Source: Candidatus Spechtbacteria bacterium RIFCSPHIGHO2_02_FULL_43_15b (lineage in GTDB: Bacteria; Patescibacteriota; Minisyncoccia; Spechtbacterales; HO2-43-30). Taken from it: a stretch of 64,000 bases of DNA. Below, piece after piece: positions 47,156-57,582 of this stretch. Location of the stretch: NCBI GenBank assembly GCA_001819985.1, contig MHOE01000025.1, positions 5,738-69,737 of the forward strand. Reading direction: 5' to 3'. Position numbers and translations under genes: made by a program. Below the pieces are notes generated by a model. That model saw only the letters and a program-made list of their open reading frames with translations. It did not search any database and was not told the origin of the DNA. Each line of letters begins with the position of its first letter. The stretch's first letter is position 1.

Positions 47156-47870
47156 AACGCTGGGAATAATACCCGCAAGAGGCGGATCGAAAAGCATCCC
47201 CTATAAAAACATTGCCCCGCTAGCGGGGAAACCCTTAATATACTACACAATAAAAGAAGCTAAAAAATCCAAACTTCTCGATGCTTTCATAGTTTCCACG
47301 GATGATCCCAAAATCGCAGAGGTTGCAAAATCTTATGGAGCTGATGTTCCATTTTTAAGACCGAAAAGATTTGCCCGTGATAAATCCGTCGATATTGAAT
47401 TCTTGAAGCACGCGATCGAGTGGCTCGAAAAAAACCGTTCATATAAACCAGAAATAGTATTGAATTTAAGGCCTACTTCCCCCCTTCGGACCGCGAAAGA
47501 TATAGATGATGTAATTTCCATTATGACAAGGACTAAGTGCGATTCCGTAAGAACTCTTACCTCCCCTTACCCGCACAATCCATTCAAGATGTGGCATTTC
47601 GCGAATGCAAAAAGTTCCAAAATAAAACCCTTACTGCCGACAAAATATTTCAATCATCTTGGAACTGATGTACCCCGACAACTTCTGCCGGATGTTTACT
47701 GGCAAAATGGTCTTGTTGACGCCACGCGCGCCAAGTTCATAAAGCAAGGGATTGTTTATGGACCAGATATGCGAGGACTCATAATAGAAACGGAAAGGTC
47801 TATGGATATAGATGAGCCCGAAGATTTGAAAAGGGCTGAAGAACTTATGAAAAATCTAAAATTACTCTAG
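47139..47870 (+). CDS. CMP-nonulosonate/octulosonate cytidylyltransferase family (NeuA/KdsB-like)
   Basis: LGIIPARGGSKSIPYKN N-terminal signature. Confidence 0.75.
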   Translation: MTKKIKTLGIIPARGGSKSIPYKNIAPLAGKPLIYYTIKEAKKSKLLDAFIVSTDDPKIAEVAKSYGADVPFLRPKRFARDKSVDIEFLKHAIEWLEKNRSYKPEIVLNLRPTSPLRTAKDIDDVISIMTRTKCDSVRTLTSPYPHNPFKMWHFANAKSSKIKPLLPTKYFNHLGTDVPRQLLPDVYWQNGLVDATRAKFIKQGIVYGPDMRGLIIETERSMDIDEPEDLKRAEELMKNLKLL

Positions 47871-47935
47871 GTTTGGGGGTTGGATGTTGGAAAAGGTCGA
47901 TTCTAACCTTTAACCTAGACCTAATGCATATTATG
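47871..47935. repeat. Family R-like intergenic element
   Basis: GGTTTGGGGGTTGG...CTAACCTTTAACCTAGACCTAAT. Confidence 0.4.
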
Positions 47936-48937
47936 AAATTTCTTATTGCCGGCCTTGGCTCAATCGGCCAACGCCACTACAAAAATTTAATTGAATTAGG
48001 GCATAAAGATATTACTGTCTATAGAACCGGAAAAGGCGACCGCAAATTTGTGGCTAATTTTGAAAAAATATACAACCCCATTGTATTTGACGACCTCAAA
48101 ACCGCGCTTCTTGAAAAACCCGATGTATTGATAATATCAAACCCCACCATATTCCATGCCGAATTTATAAAACTCGGCATACAAAACAATTTGAAGGGAA
48201 TTTTTGTTGAGAAACCGGCCGCGGTCTCTGCGAACTCGATTAAAAATTTAGTCGCGCTTGCCGATAAAAACAATGCCATTGTCTATATCGCGTATAATTT
48301 CAGGTTCCATCCGTTGCTCCAAAGAATGCGTAAATTTTTAACAGAGAATGCCATCGGAAAAGTTTTGTCGGCTTCGGTAGATATGGGAGAATACCTGCCG
48401 GATTGGCACCCGTGGGAAGATTATAGGTACACATACGCCGCAAGAGCGGATCTTGGAGGAGGAGTGGTTCTCACTCAAAGCCATGACATTGATTATCTTT
48501 ACTGGTTTTTCGGAATGCCGGATAAAATCGCGGCCTTTGGCGGAACAAGGACGGGTCTCGAAGTAAGCGCTGAAGATTTGGTGAAAGCTGTTTTTGATTA
48601 TAGCGACGGAAGTATAGCGTCTTTGAATATGGATTTTTACAGAAAGCCCCCGCGAAGAACATTTGAAATAATAGGAACTGCGGGGACGCTATTATGGGAT
48701 TATCATAACGGCACTTTGACATTTACTCCTCACGAGCAGAATAAAAAGGCAAAAACTTTTGCCGTCCTAGAAAATTTTAACAGAAATCAGATGTTCCTTA
48801 GCGAGATGAAGCATTTTGTAAATTGCGTAAAGGGAAAGGATGATCCAAAAGTTACTTTTAAGGATGGCCTAAATGTGTTAAGAATATGCGAAGCGATATT
48901 GAAATCAATGAATACTGGAAAAATTGTCAAATTATAA
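47924..48937 (+). CDS. Gfo/Idh/MocA-family NAD(P)-dependent oxidoreductase
   Basis: KFLIAGLGSIGQRH Rossmann N-terminus and a C-terminal alpha/beta domain. The ORF-track start at 47873 is probably an over-extension. Confidence 0.7.
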   Translation: MHIMKFLIAGLGSIGQRHYKNLIELGHKDITVYRTGKGDRKFVANFEKIYNPIVFDDLKTALLEKPDVLIISNPTIFHAEFIKLGIQNNLKGIFVEKPAAVSANSIKNLVALADKNNAIVYIAYNFRFHPLLQRMRKFLTENAIGKVLSASVDMGEYLPDWHPWEDYRYTYAARADLGGGVVLTQSHDIDYLYWFFGMPDKIAAFGGTRTGLEVSAEDLVKAVFDYSDGSIASLNMDFYRKPPRRTFEIIGTAGTLLWDYHNGTLTFTPHEQNKKAKTFAVLENFNRNQMFLSEMKHFVNCVKGKDDPKVTFKDGLNVLRICEAILKSMNTGKIVKL

Positions 48938-48985
48938 CTTACCGTAGCCGTCACCTCTAGAATACGGGGTGATAGCGCGTAAAAA

Positions 48986-49780
48986 ATGAATAACACTGCA
49001 ATAAGAAATTTATTTTCCCTTAAAAACCGCGTAGCTATCATTACCGGCGGCGCCGGCATACTTGGCATGGAATACGCAAAAACCCTTTTTTTATCTGGCG
49101 CTAAAGTAATTCTTTTTGACATAAAAGAAAATTTCACATTGCCGAGAAATCTTAAGGCGAAATACATTAAAGTAGACATCTCAAATAAAAATGAAGTTGA
49201 CGAGGCGATAAAAACTGTTTTGCGATTATACAAAAAAATTGATATTTTGATAAATAATGCCGCGTTAAATCCGGTACCCGGGAGCGAACAATCTAAAAAC
49301 CTGTTTTTACCGTACGAACAATACCCCGAGGATTTATGGAGAAAGGATCTGGATGTTAATATAACTGGGTCGCAATTTTGCACGCAATCAGTGGTTCCAT
49401 TTATGAAAAAACAAAAAAAAGGAACTATTATAAATATATCCTCTATCTACGGAATAACCGGACCGGATAATAGGATCTATGATGCGGGAAAGTTTAAGTC
49501 CATAGGGTATGCGACAACTAAAGGCGCTATGGAAAATTTTACCCGATCATGGGCTTCATACCTTGAAAGTACGGACATAAGAGTAAACACTCTGACTCTC
49601 GGCGGAGTATTCGCTAACCAATCCGAACAATTCGTAAAAGCGTACAGTTCGAAAACGATTCTTGGAAGAATGGCGAAAAAAGATGACTTTAATTGCGCTA
49701 TTCTATTTTTAGCTTCAGATGCTTCAAGATATATGACCGGTTCAAACCTCATTATAGACGGCGGATGGAGCGCGTGGTAA
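48986..49780 (+). CDS. Short-chain dehydrogenase/reductase
   Basis: VAIITGGAGILG and a YxxxK catalytic site. Confidence 0.75.
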   Translation: MNNTAIRNLFSLKNRVAIITGGAGILGMEYAKTLFLSGAKVILFDIKENFTLPRNLKAKYIKVDISNKNEVDEAIKTVLRLYKKIDILINNAALNPVPGSEQSKNLFLPYEQYPEDLWRKDLDVNITGSQFCTQSVVPFMKKQKKGTIINISSIYGITGPDNRIYDAGKFKSIGYATTKGAMENFTRSWASYLESTDIRVNTLTLGGVFANQSEQFVKAYSSKTILGRMAKKDDFNCAILFLASDASRYMTGSNLIIDGGWSAW

Positions 49781-49781
49781 T

Positions 49782-50993
49782 TTAAGCTCCTTTTCTTTGC
49801 AATAAACAATCGTTCTCATTTCCGGACAAATCGTGCGCCACTTCCCCGAAATTTTCGTCAAAGGGCCAATAACCAATGATTTTTTCCTTTGATATAACTG
49901 GCGGATTATTCGTTGCGCCGCTATACAGCGAAAAAATTTCATCTTCACTTAGGTCCCTGTTGAATATGTAAAGTTCATCCAGGTAACCGTCATAATTGTA
50001 GCAAGGCCCGCTGAACGGGTCTCCCTTAAATACGCACTTTCCCAACACTAATGGATATTCGGATCCGAAAACGCCTAGCAGATCATCGCTGGAATTAAAC
50101 TTAAGATCATAATCTTCCCATGATTTATCTAACTCGCCGTCAAAGTATGAAGTTATTATCCAGTTTCTGATTTCTTGAACGATTCCGTAATCGTCAACTT
50201 TACTGTGATTTTCATACTTAAACACTATTGCTATATGATGCCAAGTGTTATCTATAAAACCGCTCACTCCTCCTCCGCTAATAGAAACTTTTGAATCATC
50301 CGCTTGGAATAGTATGCTACCGTTTTTACTTTCACCTCTTAATGTCATGGACCACCATCGTTCCCTTGGTCTTCCCTTAAAAACAATGTCCTTGGGGTAA
50401 AGAGGAGCATTCATATCCTGCTTTATCCAAGCCGAAATTGTCATATCCGAAGTGCCTAGTAACCGAGTTGAAGAGGAATTACCACAATTAAGCCAAGCGT
50501 CTTCTGATCCAAAAAAAATAGAATTTCCGATAACTCCTTCGGCCCATTTGACAGTACGGCCATCTGATATAAACCCCTCCCAAGGCGGAGGAACCCCCGT
50601 CTCTTTAATGATTTCTTCTTTCGGCGGGACCTCTAGATCCTCGACAGATTTTTCTCCGTTGCTTGGATTTTCCGGCAAGGGATTTGCGACTAAATCTTCT
50701 GAATTATCTTCTTCGGTCGAATTTTTTTGGTCGTTCCGGTCGCCCTGGCTAGTAGTATCGTCTAAAACTTCGGCACCCCCATTTTCCAGATTATCCGGAT
50801 TCATAATTATTTTTTCGCTATTTTCCGTAAGAAGATTTTTAGAAATATTGCCTTCGTTTTGACTTCCGATATATGATAGGCCATCAAACTGCTCGACTTC
50901 GCCATTGGTATGAATTGATTTTACAAAAAACGCGGCGCTTAAAACTAAAGCGCTTATGCCAAATGTTATAATTTTGATAAAACTAAAATTCAT
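49782..50993 (-). CDS. Secreted LamG/concanavalin-like domain protein
   Basis: Signal peptide, an acidic low-complexity linker and a C-terminal jelly-roll-like region. Confidence 0.4.
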   Translation of the reverse strand: MNFSFIKIITFGISALVLSAAFFVKSIHTNGEVEQFDGLSYIGSQNEGNISKNLLTENSEKIIMNPDNLENGGAEVLDDTTSQGDRNDQKNSTEEDNSEDLVANPLPENPSNGEKSVEDLEVPPKEEIIKETGVPPPWEGFISDGRTVKWAEGVIGNSIFFGSEDAWLNCGNSSSTRLLGTSDMTISAWIKQDMNAPLYPKDIVFKGRPRERWWSMTLRGESKNGSILFQADDSKVSISGGGVSGFIDNTWHHIAIVFKYENHSKVDDYGIVQEIRNWIITSYFDGELDKSWEDYDLKFNSSDDLLGVFGSEYPLVLGKCVFKGDPFSGPCYNYDGYLDELYIFNRDLSEDEIFSLYSGATNNPPVISKEKIIGYWPFDENFGEVAHDLSGNENDCLLQRKGA

Positions 50994-52476
50994 TGAGTAT
51001 CGCCTCTTTTATGTTTTGACTGCTTAAATCCATAGAGTATGCAAAATTTTTTTCGATTCCCTGTTCAATACTTGCCCTTATACTTACCCTATCAAACGCG
51101 CCAAGATAATTCAATACTTTTTGTCTATCCGGTTTATAACCGCTGATTACCTTTCCCATTGCTGACCTCGAAGCAATAATGTCATATATCTTAAATATCT
51201 CACTGCAATCTTTATATGAAGGATATCCAAAAACCATCGAGGGCTTGCCGTTTAATACCGCTTCCCAAGAGCCTGTACCCGCAACCGTTGCGACACACTG
51301 ACATCTTTCGATAAATTTGTTTGACAGAATTTCCGGCGGCACAAGATAGACATTTCTATACGAGGACAATTTTTTGTAGTAACCGGCATATCTACCCTGA
51401 TGGGCATGGACTCCTCCTTTTGTCCATTGAGACAAATGCTCTTTCGCGTATATTACCCAATCATCCGGAATTGAATTTGATAATATATCGAACATTAAAA
51501 ATTGATCTGTAAATATCCCTCCCTCGGGCGAAGTCGAGCGCTCGGGCTGGTACTGAAGAGGTGCGTAAATAAATTTTTTATTCCAATCAACTTCAACTTG
51601 AAGATTCCTATATTCTTTCTCGAATAATTTTTTTGCCGTCGCCCACTCTCGTAATTTAACCTCATAATCTATACCTTTATAATCGGGGTCAAAGCTTAGC
51701 AACCCGGACTCTGCCGAAAATAAACGCTTGAAATAAGCCCTCCCTCTCCTTGCAATGCTTCCGTCTTTAATACTTGAAAGGACCTTGCCAATACTAGGCG
51801 CTTTTAAGGATCGAGCTACCTGATCTAATTCATGAACTGTTTTATATGGAAACTTTGAAACCTCGGAAGGACTTGTCTGAAAAATATAGTAATCACGAAT
51901 ATCTTTACTTAAATCTTCCAGTTTATAGTTGTGCCCCTTTGCGATTTCAGCGATAAGTTTTTCGGAACCAATTTTGATATCTCGAGCGAGCAAATACCTA
52001 TCCGGTATCCTTGTTAGCATAAATACCAAAGTTTTTATGCCAAATTCTTTACAAACGGAATATAGAACAAAATCATAAACAAGATGAGGGGTGGTGGAAA
52101 AAATTACGGCATCTGGATTCATTGACTTAAGCACGCCTCGCCAGTATTTTAACAGGTCATAATAAAGCCGCTTTCTCCGCATAAAATGCACCTTAGAATA
52201 ATCAATGCGATTCATCATCGTCATGGTAATAGATTCGCACGCAAAAAATTTTTCAATGATCTCTTTTCCAAGCGGCTCAAAATTTATAGTGTTTACTTCT
52301 TCGGGAGGTATGGCTTTTACGGCATCGAAACTCGAATGAAAGATTGTTTTTGGAAATTCATCTTTACGGGATGTCCCACCCGTCCAATACAAAATTTCAC
52401 AGCCATTTTGCTGTAAATTTTTAGCGACCTCTCCTAAATTAGGCGCGGACCATTCGATTAAAAAAATTTTAGACAT
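50983..52476 (-). CDS. Capsule-polysaccharide-biosynthesis-like protein (KpsS/KpsC Capsule_synth-like)
   Basis: IYAPLQYQPERSTSPEGG resembles the LQvxxD block of that family. The family call is tentative. Confidence 0.3.
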   Translation of the reverse strand: MSKIFLIEWSAPNLGEVAKNLQQNGCEILYWTGGTSRKDEFPKTIFHSSFDAVKAIPPEEVNTINFEPLGKEIIEKFFACESITMTMMNRIDYSKVHFMRRKRLYYDLLKYWRGVLKSMNPDAVIFSTTPHLVYDFVLYSVCKEFGIKTLVFMLTRIPDRYLLARDIKIGSEKLIAEIAKGHNYKLEDLSKDIRDYYIFQTSPSEVSKFPYKTVHELDQVARSLKAPSIGKVLSSIKDGSIARRGRAYFKRLFSAESGLLSFDPDYKGIDYEVKLREWATAKKLFEKEYRNLQVEVDWNKKFIYAPLQYQPERSTSPEGGIFTDQFLMFDILSNSIPDDWVIYAKEHLSQWTKGGVHAHQGRYAGYYKKLSSYRNVYLVPPEILSNKFIERCQCVATVAGTGSWEAVLNGKPSMVFGYPSYKDCSEIFKIYDIIASRSAMGKVISGYKPDRQKVLNYLGAFDRVSIRASIEQGIEKNFAYSMDLSSQNIKEAILNEF

Positions 52477-52525
52477 AAATTAAAAAAGTACCATCGCAGT
52501 ACACTTTTTTATAACCTAATTTGCG

Positions 52526-53662
52526 TTATTTTTCAACCAAATCCCATGAAACCGGAGTAGCCGCTTCAATATCGCAAGACGCTTTTCTACCCAAAATATC
52601 GTAATAGAATTTTGGCGCAAGGCCTACTGATGGCCGAGCCACGCGCATGTTGTTTTCGGAAAATACTTCGCCCGCTTTGATATCCGCCTTTACCCACAAG
52701 GAAGGCCTGAAAAAAGTATTCTCCGCTTCCTGGGCGCTTGCGGGACCGTATTGAGGCCTTCCAAGAGCCGAGTTTATCCGGTCTTGGCTTATATTAAGTC
52801 CGCTATCCCCTGTTTTCTCAAACCGCCTTATACGATCTACCATCTCCTTAAGTTCTGACGGTTCAATGGAAAATCTTGAATCAGGCCCGCCGGAATTTTT
52901 ATCAAGAATGAAATGCTTTTCAATCACCGAAGCGCCTCCGACGATCGCCGCGATAATCGGGATCTCTATTCCGGAATTGTTATCCGAAAATCCTCCAAGA
53001 ACACCGAATTTATTTTTCAGATCTCCTATTGTAGATAGATTTGCGAATTCAAATTTTGGGGTATCAGAATATGCTGTAACGCAATGAAGAATAACTATAT
53101 CATCAGCTCCGTTATTGCGAAGCGTATCTACGGCTAGTGCCGCTTCCTCAAACGAAGCAAACCCGACTGAAATTATAACCGGCTTTTTTGTGCTTGCAAT
53201 TTTCTTGAGAAGTGGGATATGGATAGCTTCGTATGAGGCCACCTTATAGAAATCCACATTAAGCCCTTCCAGAAAATCTACCGCAGTATCGTCAAACGGC
53301 GTGGAAAAAAACATAAGTCCCAAACTTTCGGCAAGCTCTTTCAACTTCGGTTGCCAATCCCAAGGGGTATACGCGGTTCCGTATAATTCATATAGATTCG
53401 CGTTCTTCCAAGAATCCGGCTGGTCCTTCCCGCCGACAATAAACCAATCTTTTCGAGAATTGAGCGTAATAGTATCAGGAGTGTATGTTTGAAGTTTTAT
53501 AGCGTCGACGCCGGCTTTTGCCGCTTCTCGTACAAGCTCCTCCGCTTCCTCATATTTTTGATGATGATTTCCCGATAACTCCGCAACAACAAAACATGGC
53601 TGGCCTTCGCCAATCTTTCTATTTCCTATTTGCATTACGCCTTTGTCTTTGCGCATATTCAT
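52526..53662 (-). CDS. NeuB-type nonulosonic acid synthase (PseI/LegI/NeuB family)
   Basis: PCFVVAELSGNHHQ and a C-terminal SAF domain in a 378-aa protein. Confidence 0.8.
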   Translation of the reverse strand: MNMRKDKGVMQIGNRKIGEGQPCFVVAELSGNHHQKYEEAEELVREAAKAGVDAIKLQTYTPDTITLNSRKDWFIVGGKDQPDSWKNANLYELYGTAYTPWDWQPKLKELAESLGLMFFSTPFDDTAVDFLEGLNVDFYKVASYEAIHIPLLKKIASTKKPVIISVGFASFEEAALAVDTLRNNGADDIVILHCVTAYSDTPKFEFANLSTIGDLKNKFGVLGGFSDNNSGIEIPIIAAIVGGASVIEKHFILDKNSGGPDSRFSIEPSELKEMVDRIRRFEKTGDSGLNISQDRINSALGRPQYGPASAQEAENTFFRPSLWVKADIKAGEVFSENNMRVARPSVGLAPKFYYDILGRKASCDIEAATPVSWDLVEK

Positions 53663-53668
53663 TTTATT

Positions 53669-54262
53669 TTATCTCTCTTTTTCTAAATAGTCCGCAAGAA
53701 CTGAAACCTTCGTGTCCCACCCATTGCTTAGTAAATGCAATAACGGCTCTTTATCGGCAGATTTATGATACGAACCCTCGTCCGCATTTTGTCTGCGCCT
53801 TGAGTACTTGCCTATGCGGATATTTTTCCATTCCTGCTTGAATAGATTTTTTATCTCCGCATGCAATTTTTCGTAGCTTGTTTTCAGTGTATCATTTTCT
53901 GAAAATTCGACCTCTTTCTGGACGATAATATCGCCCGTATCAAGACCCTTATCTATGCAATGAATGGTAACGCCTTTAGCCGTTTTGTCAATAAAACTCC
54001 AAAAATTTGGATCCGCTCCCTTGTTCCACGGCAAATAGCTTATATGCAGATTTACAGCCCCATATTTGGGATAATTAAAAACCGCCGGACGTATTATAAA
54101 TCTATAATTATAGCTTACTATAATATCGGGCTTGAATTCTTCCAGATCTTCCGAAACGACTTTTCTATCTATAAATAAAACCCTCCCTTCTTCATCGCGA
54201 AAATAGTTGTATAAATCCACGGAGTGTTCGCTGTTTTTGTTTCCGAGAAACAGAACATTCAT
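53669..54262 (-). CDS. Sugar N-formyltransferase (Fmt N-terminal-domain family)
   Basis: 197 aa with an SYNYRFII...HISYLPWNKG formyltransferase core (HxSLLPxxxG-like). Confidence 0.6.
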   Translation of the reverse strand: MNVLFLGNKNSEHSVDLYNYFRDEEGRVLFIDRKVVSEDLEEFKPDIIVSYNYRFIIRPAVFNYPKYGAVNLHISYLPWNKGADPNFWSFIDKTAKGVTIHCIDKGLDTGDIIVQKEVEFSENDTLKTSYEKLHAEIKNLFKQEWKNIRIGKYSRRRQNADEGSYHKSADKEPLLHLLSNGWDTKVSVLADYLEKER

Positions 54263-54945
54263 AACGCGTAAGTTCTTATTTTTTCTATTTCTAAAATTTT
54301 ATCGGGATGGAGCTTTTTCAATTGCTCAATCCCATTTTTTACTTTGGAATCAACACTAGACAAGCTTTCCTTGCTCCTGCAATAAGTAAACAGCGCCTTA
54401 GAATAATGGTATCCCTTCCAGTCGGTATGCCTCAAGAGAATATCGTATTCTGGAAAAAGTAGTCCCTCCGTCCACAGCCTTTCACCTACCGAAAACCTCC
54501 TGAACATCATCCCGCCTGCAATAGTTTCAAAAATATTCTTAGGGCTTACCAGAATTTTCTTGCCTTCGAACTCTTCGTAGTAATCCGAGTAAACGAAATC
54601 TATACTTTTATCCGCATCAAGTATTTTTGAAAGATCTCCGATTAAAGTCGGCAAAAAATAATCGTCGTAATCAAGGAAAACAATATACTTGCCTTTGGAA
54701 ACGGCGAAACCATTATTTGCCGCCGCAACCGCTCCTTGATTTTTCTCATCTACAACTCTTATGTTTTTGTGCTTATCGGCATAACTTCTTACAACATCTA
54801 GAGTTCCATCGCGCGACCCGTCATTAACTGCGATAATCTCGAATTTATTCTTTGGAAAATCCTGATATATAGCGCTTTCTATCGCTCTGCCAACAATTTT
54901 TTCGGAATTATAAGCGCGTATTATTATTGAAACTTTAGGAATCAT
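54259..54945 (-). CDS. Family 2 glycosyltransferase
   Basis: VSIIIRAYNSEKIVGRAIESAIYQ...IAVNDGSRDGT. Confidence 0.75.
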   Translation of the reverse strand: MIPKVSIIIRAYNSEKIVGRAIESAIYQDFPKNKFEIIAVNDGSRDGTLDVVRSYADKHKNIRVVDEKNQGAVAAANNGFAVSKGKYIVFLDYDDYFLPTLIGDLSKILDADKSIDFVYSDYYEEFEGKKILVSPKNIFETIAGGMMFRRFSVGERLWTEGLLFPEYDILLRHTDWKGYHYSKALFTYCRSKESLSSVDSKVKNGIEQLKKLHPDKILEIEKIRTYAL

Positions 54946-56101
54946 AATTTTGATATATCTTAATCAGGTTTCCCTCTTCGTCTCTCCTTAATCTTCCGTT
55001 GCCATCCGCTTCAAATATTGCTTTGTCGGTAAACGAATCTACGACCCGAAAAAATTCTTCTTCGGTAATGTTGAAGTAATTTATAAAATCCCTCAAAATA
55101 TGCCTATACAATTTACCGTCATACTTTTTAACAAGCTCCATTCCTTCATCTCGAGTAATTCTGCCGTTCCTTATATCCAGACACGCGTGATCTGTCGCTC
55201 GCCCAAATCCAAATTTCACATATTTCAAATAATCATGTATGGAAACTAGAGCGTCATCCAAGTTTTCGTAGTTTGTGTATGTGCCCTCAATCGGGCCATC
55301 CTCTTTCACTCTAAATCCATATCGCCTCATGAGCTCGACTTGCGGCCTAGCATCCCACTTAAAATAATAACCCAAAAATATGCCTGTTATACCGGCATCT
55401 TTAAGTTCTTCTTCTAATGGATAGCAATAAGACACCAAATCCTCTTTTGTTATTCCGTCAACGCCTACCATATCTTCAACCCTTTCGCCCAGCAGACCTC
55501 CAAATTCTTCAAGCCATCTCCTGTCTAAGACATTTCTCATTCGAGAAGCTTTAGGTCCGCCATATTCAAGCTGTGAATTTTCTCCCCATATCACTAAAGG
55601 GATTTTGAATTGAACGGCAACTCTTATAGGTATTGTAAATATTCCTATGTGGTTTGGCCATTCATGATCGCCAACTTTTCTAAATCCTTCCAGGCACATT
55701 TTTTTATAAACTGCCGGATTTTTTTTGAATTCGATCATATCACCGAACTGTCTGCAATTCTCAAGATTTTTTTGGCCAAGGACATTTCGCTTTGTTGCTT
55801 CAAAATTGACAAGTAATGGATTAAAACCGTATTTTCGCGCCATATAAGCCTGATAATGGCTGTCTTTACCGCCGCTTACGGGTATTATGCAATCATAATT
55901 TCCCGAATTTTTCCCCTTGAATTTTTCTACCACCGCCTCAAACTCTCTTTCTCGCTCATTCCAATCTATAGTATTCTTGAGTTCCGCAGATCTGCAGGCA
56001 TCGCAAACTCCCGCTTCATCAAAAAAGAGGTCGGGTTTTGTATTTGGCATTACGCACTTTTCGCAATACTTAAACATTTTAATTTGTCCTCTTTTGGACA
56101 A
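54935..56101 (-). CDS. N-acetyl-sugar amidotransferase (PP-loop ATP pyrophosphatase; WbuX/PseA/LegP-like)
   Basis: N-terminal CEKCVMPNT...CDAC zinc ribbon and a PP-loop SGGKDS. Confidence 0.75.
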   Translation of the reverse strand: MSKRGQIKMFKYCEKCVMPNTKPDLFFDEAGVCDACRSAELKNTIDWNEREREFEAVVEKFKGKNSGNYDCIIPVSGGKDSHYQAYMARKYGFNPLLVNFEATKRNVLGQKNLENCRQFGDMIEFKKNPAVYKKMCLEGFRKVGDHEWPNHIGIFTIPIRVAVQFKIPLVIWGENSQLEYGGPKASRMRNVLDRRWLEEFGGLLGERVEDMVGVDGITKEDLVSYCYPLEEELKDAGITGIFLGYYFKWDARPQVELMRRYGFRVKEDGPIEGTYTNYENLDDALVSIHDYLKYVKFGFGRATDHACLDIRNGRITRDEGMELVKKYDGKLYRHILRDFINYFNITEEEFFRVVDSFTDKAIFEADGNGRLRRDEEGNLIKIYQNYDS

Positions 56102-56113
56102 AGTTGATAGCCA

Positions 56114-56812
56114 TTATTTCTTTAATAAAAACATCTGACTTGCATTCCCATCGTTCATTTTGTATTTTTCTTCCCTCGCTAATTTCAAATCTGAAAAATT
56201 CTTTAGATAAAAATCGCAGAAATCGCGCTTCCACAAAAATCCTTTCTTGCCTCTATACTCGATATCCGTAAGCTTTGGCGCGTAATATTCCATTCCCCAG
56301 ATATATCCGCCCGAAACCCTAACAATCTCTTTCGTAGCTTTTTTAACATCTTTAGGCGCGATATGTATTAAAACTCCCGAGGTAAAGACCAAATCAAAAT
56401 AATTTTTTTTGAAAGGCAAATCAAACGCGGACCCTTTTATTATATCAATTTTGGGATGAATTTTCTTTGCCGCCTCGACCGCGTATTCGTTTACCTCGAT
56501 TCCTAATAAATTCGTAAATCCCATCTTTCTTAAAAGTTCGAGCTGGAGGCCGATATTCGCGCCTACTTCGAGTATTTTAACATCTTTGCTTATGCCCGAT
56601 AAAAATTTACGATTCATCGCAGTTCTTAAAACGCCGTATTGCTTTTTATACAAACCGTCTAATTCTTTTACCGATTGCGGGTTTCTATCCGTGTAACTAT
56701 TACCGTCCCTGCCGGACCAAAAATTAATTTGTTCGGTTATTTTTTGCATATGCCAAAAATTAATTACATTAAAAATTGTGCCACTTTCTACCCAAAGAGT
56801 CACACTGCTCAA
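56114..56812 (-). CDS. Class I SAM-dependent methyltransferase
   Basis: ILEVGANIG motif I with acidic motif II/III. Confidence 0.6.
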   Translation of the reverse strand: MSSVTLWVESGTIFNVINFWHMQKITEQINFWSGRDGNSYTDRNPQSVKELDGLYKKQYGVLRTAMNRKFLSGISKDVKILEVGANIGLQLELLRKMGFTNLLGIEVNEYAVEAAKKIHPKIDIIKGSAFDLPFKKNYFDLVFTSGVLIHIAPKDVKKATKEIVRVSGGYIWGMEYYAPKLTDIEYRGKKGFLWKRDFCDFYLKNFSDLKLAREEKYKMNDGNASQMFLLKK

Positions 56813-56816
56813 AATA

Positions 56817-57566
56817 TTATAATCTGGCTTCTATCCCATTTTCTACCAGATATTCTTTGATATTCCTCGGTGTCATTTGAGTATATTGGAAAATGCTCGC
56901 GGCCGCAACGGCAGAAGCCCTGCCGATCTTTATAGCCAAAATAAAATCGTCAAGTTTTCCAGCTCCCCCACACGCGATAACCGGAATGTTTACCGCATCG
57001 GAAACGGACTTTACTAATTCCAAATCGTATCCTTCCATTAAACCTTCTTTGTCTATTGAAGTTAAAAAAATCTCTCCCGCTCCTCTTTGCTCAACCTCTT
57101 TCGCCCAATCAACCGCAGACCAGGAAGTTTCAGATTTGCCGCCGGCGCTAAAGACCTTATATTTTCCGCCAATCAACCTCGCGTCAATTGACGAAACTAC
57201 GCATTGGCTTCCAAATTTCTTCGCTCCTTCGGATATAATATCGGGGGTTTCTATCGCCGATGTATTTATCGAAACTTTATCAGCCCCTATTCTTAAAAGC
57301 AAATTTATATCGTCTAGGGACTTTACTCCTCCGCCTAAGGTCAATGGCATAAAGCATTCTTTTGAAATTTCTTCCAAAAGCCATTTTTTAATACCGTCTT
57401 TCCTCGCGTCCAAATCGAGAAAAATCATCTCATCCACATCCCTTGAGTTAAAAACTCTAACTGCTGAAATGTAACTTCCGATATTTCTGTGTTCTGAAAA
57501 ATTAACGCTTTTTACAAGGCGCAAATCTTTTATTGTAAGGCATGGAATAACTCGCGTTTTAAGCAT
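56817..57566 (-). CDS. Imidazole-glycerol-phosphate-synthase cyclase-subunit homolog (HisF/WbuZ-like)
   Basis: TIM-barrel HisF signature RVIPCLTIKD...GGGV...AIKIGRASAVAAAS. Confidence 0.8.
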   Translation of the reverse strand: MLKTRVIPCLTIKDLRLVKSVNFSEHRNIGSYISAVRVFNSRDVDEMIFLDLDARKDGIKKWLLEEISKECFMPLTLGGGVKSLDDINLLLRIGADKVSINTSAIETPDIISEGAKKFGSQCVVSSIDARLIGGKYKVFSAGGKSETSWSAVDWAKEVEQRGAGEIFLTSIDKEGLMEGYDLELVKSVSDAVNIPVIACGGAGKLDDFILAIKIGRASAVAAASIFQYTQMTPRNIKEYLVENGIEARL

Positions 57567-57582
57567 ATTACACTTGAGCGTT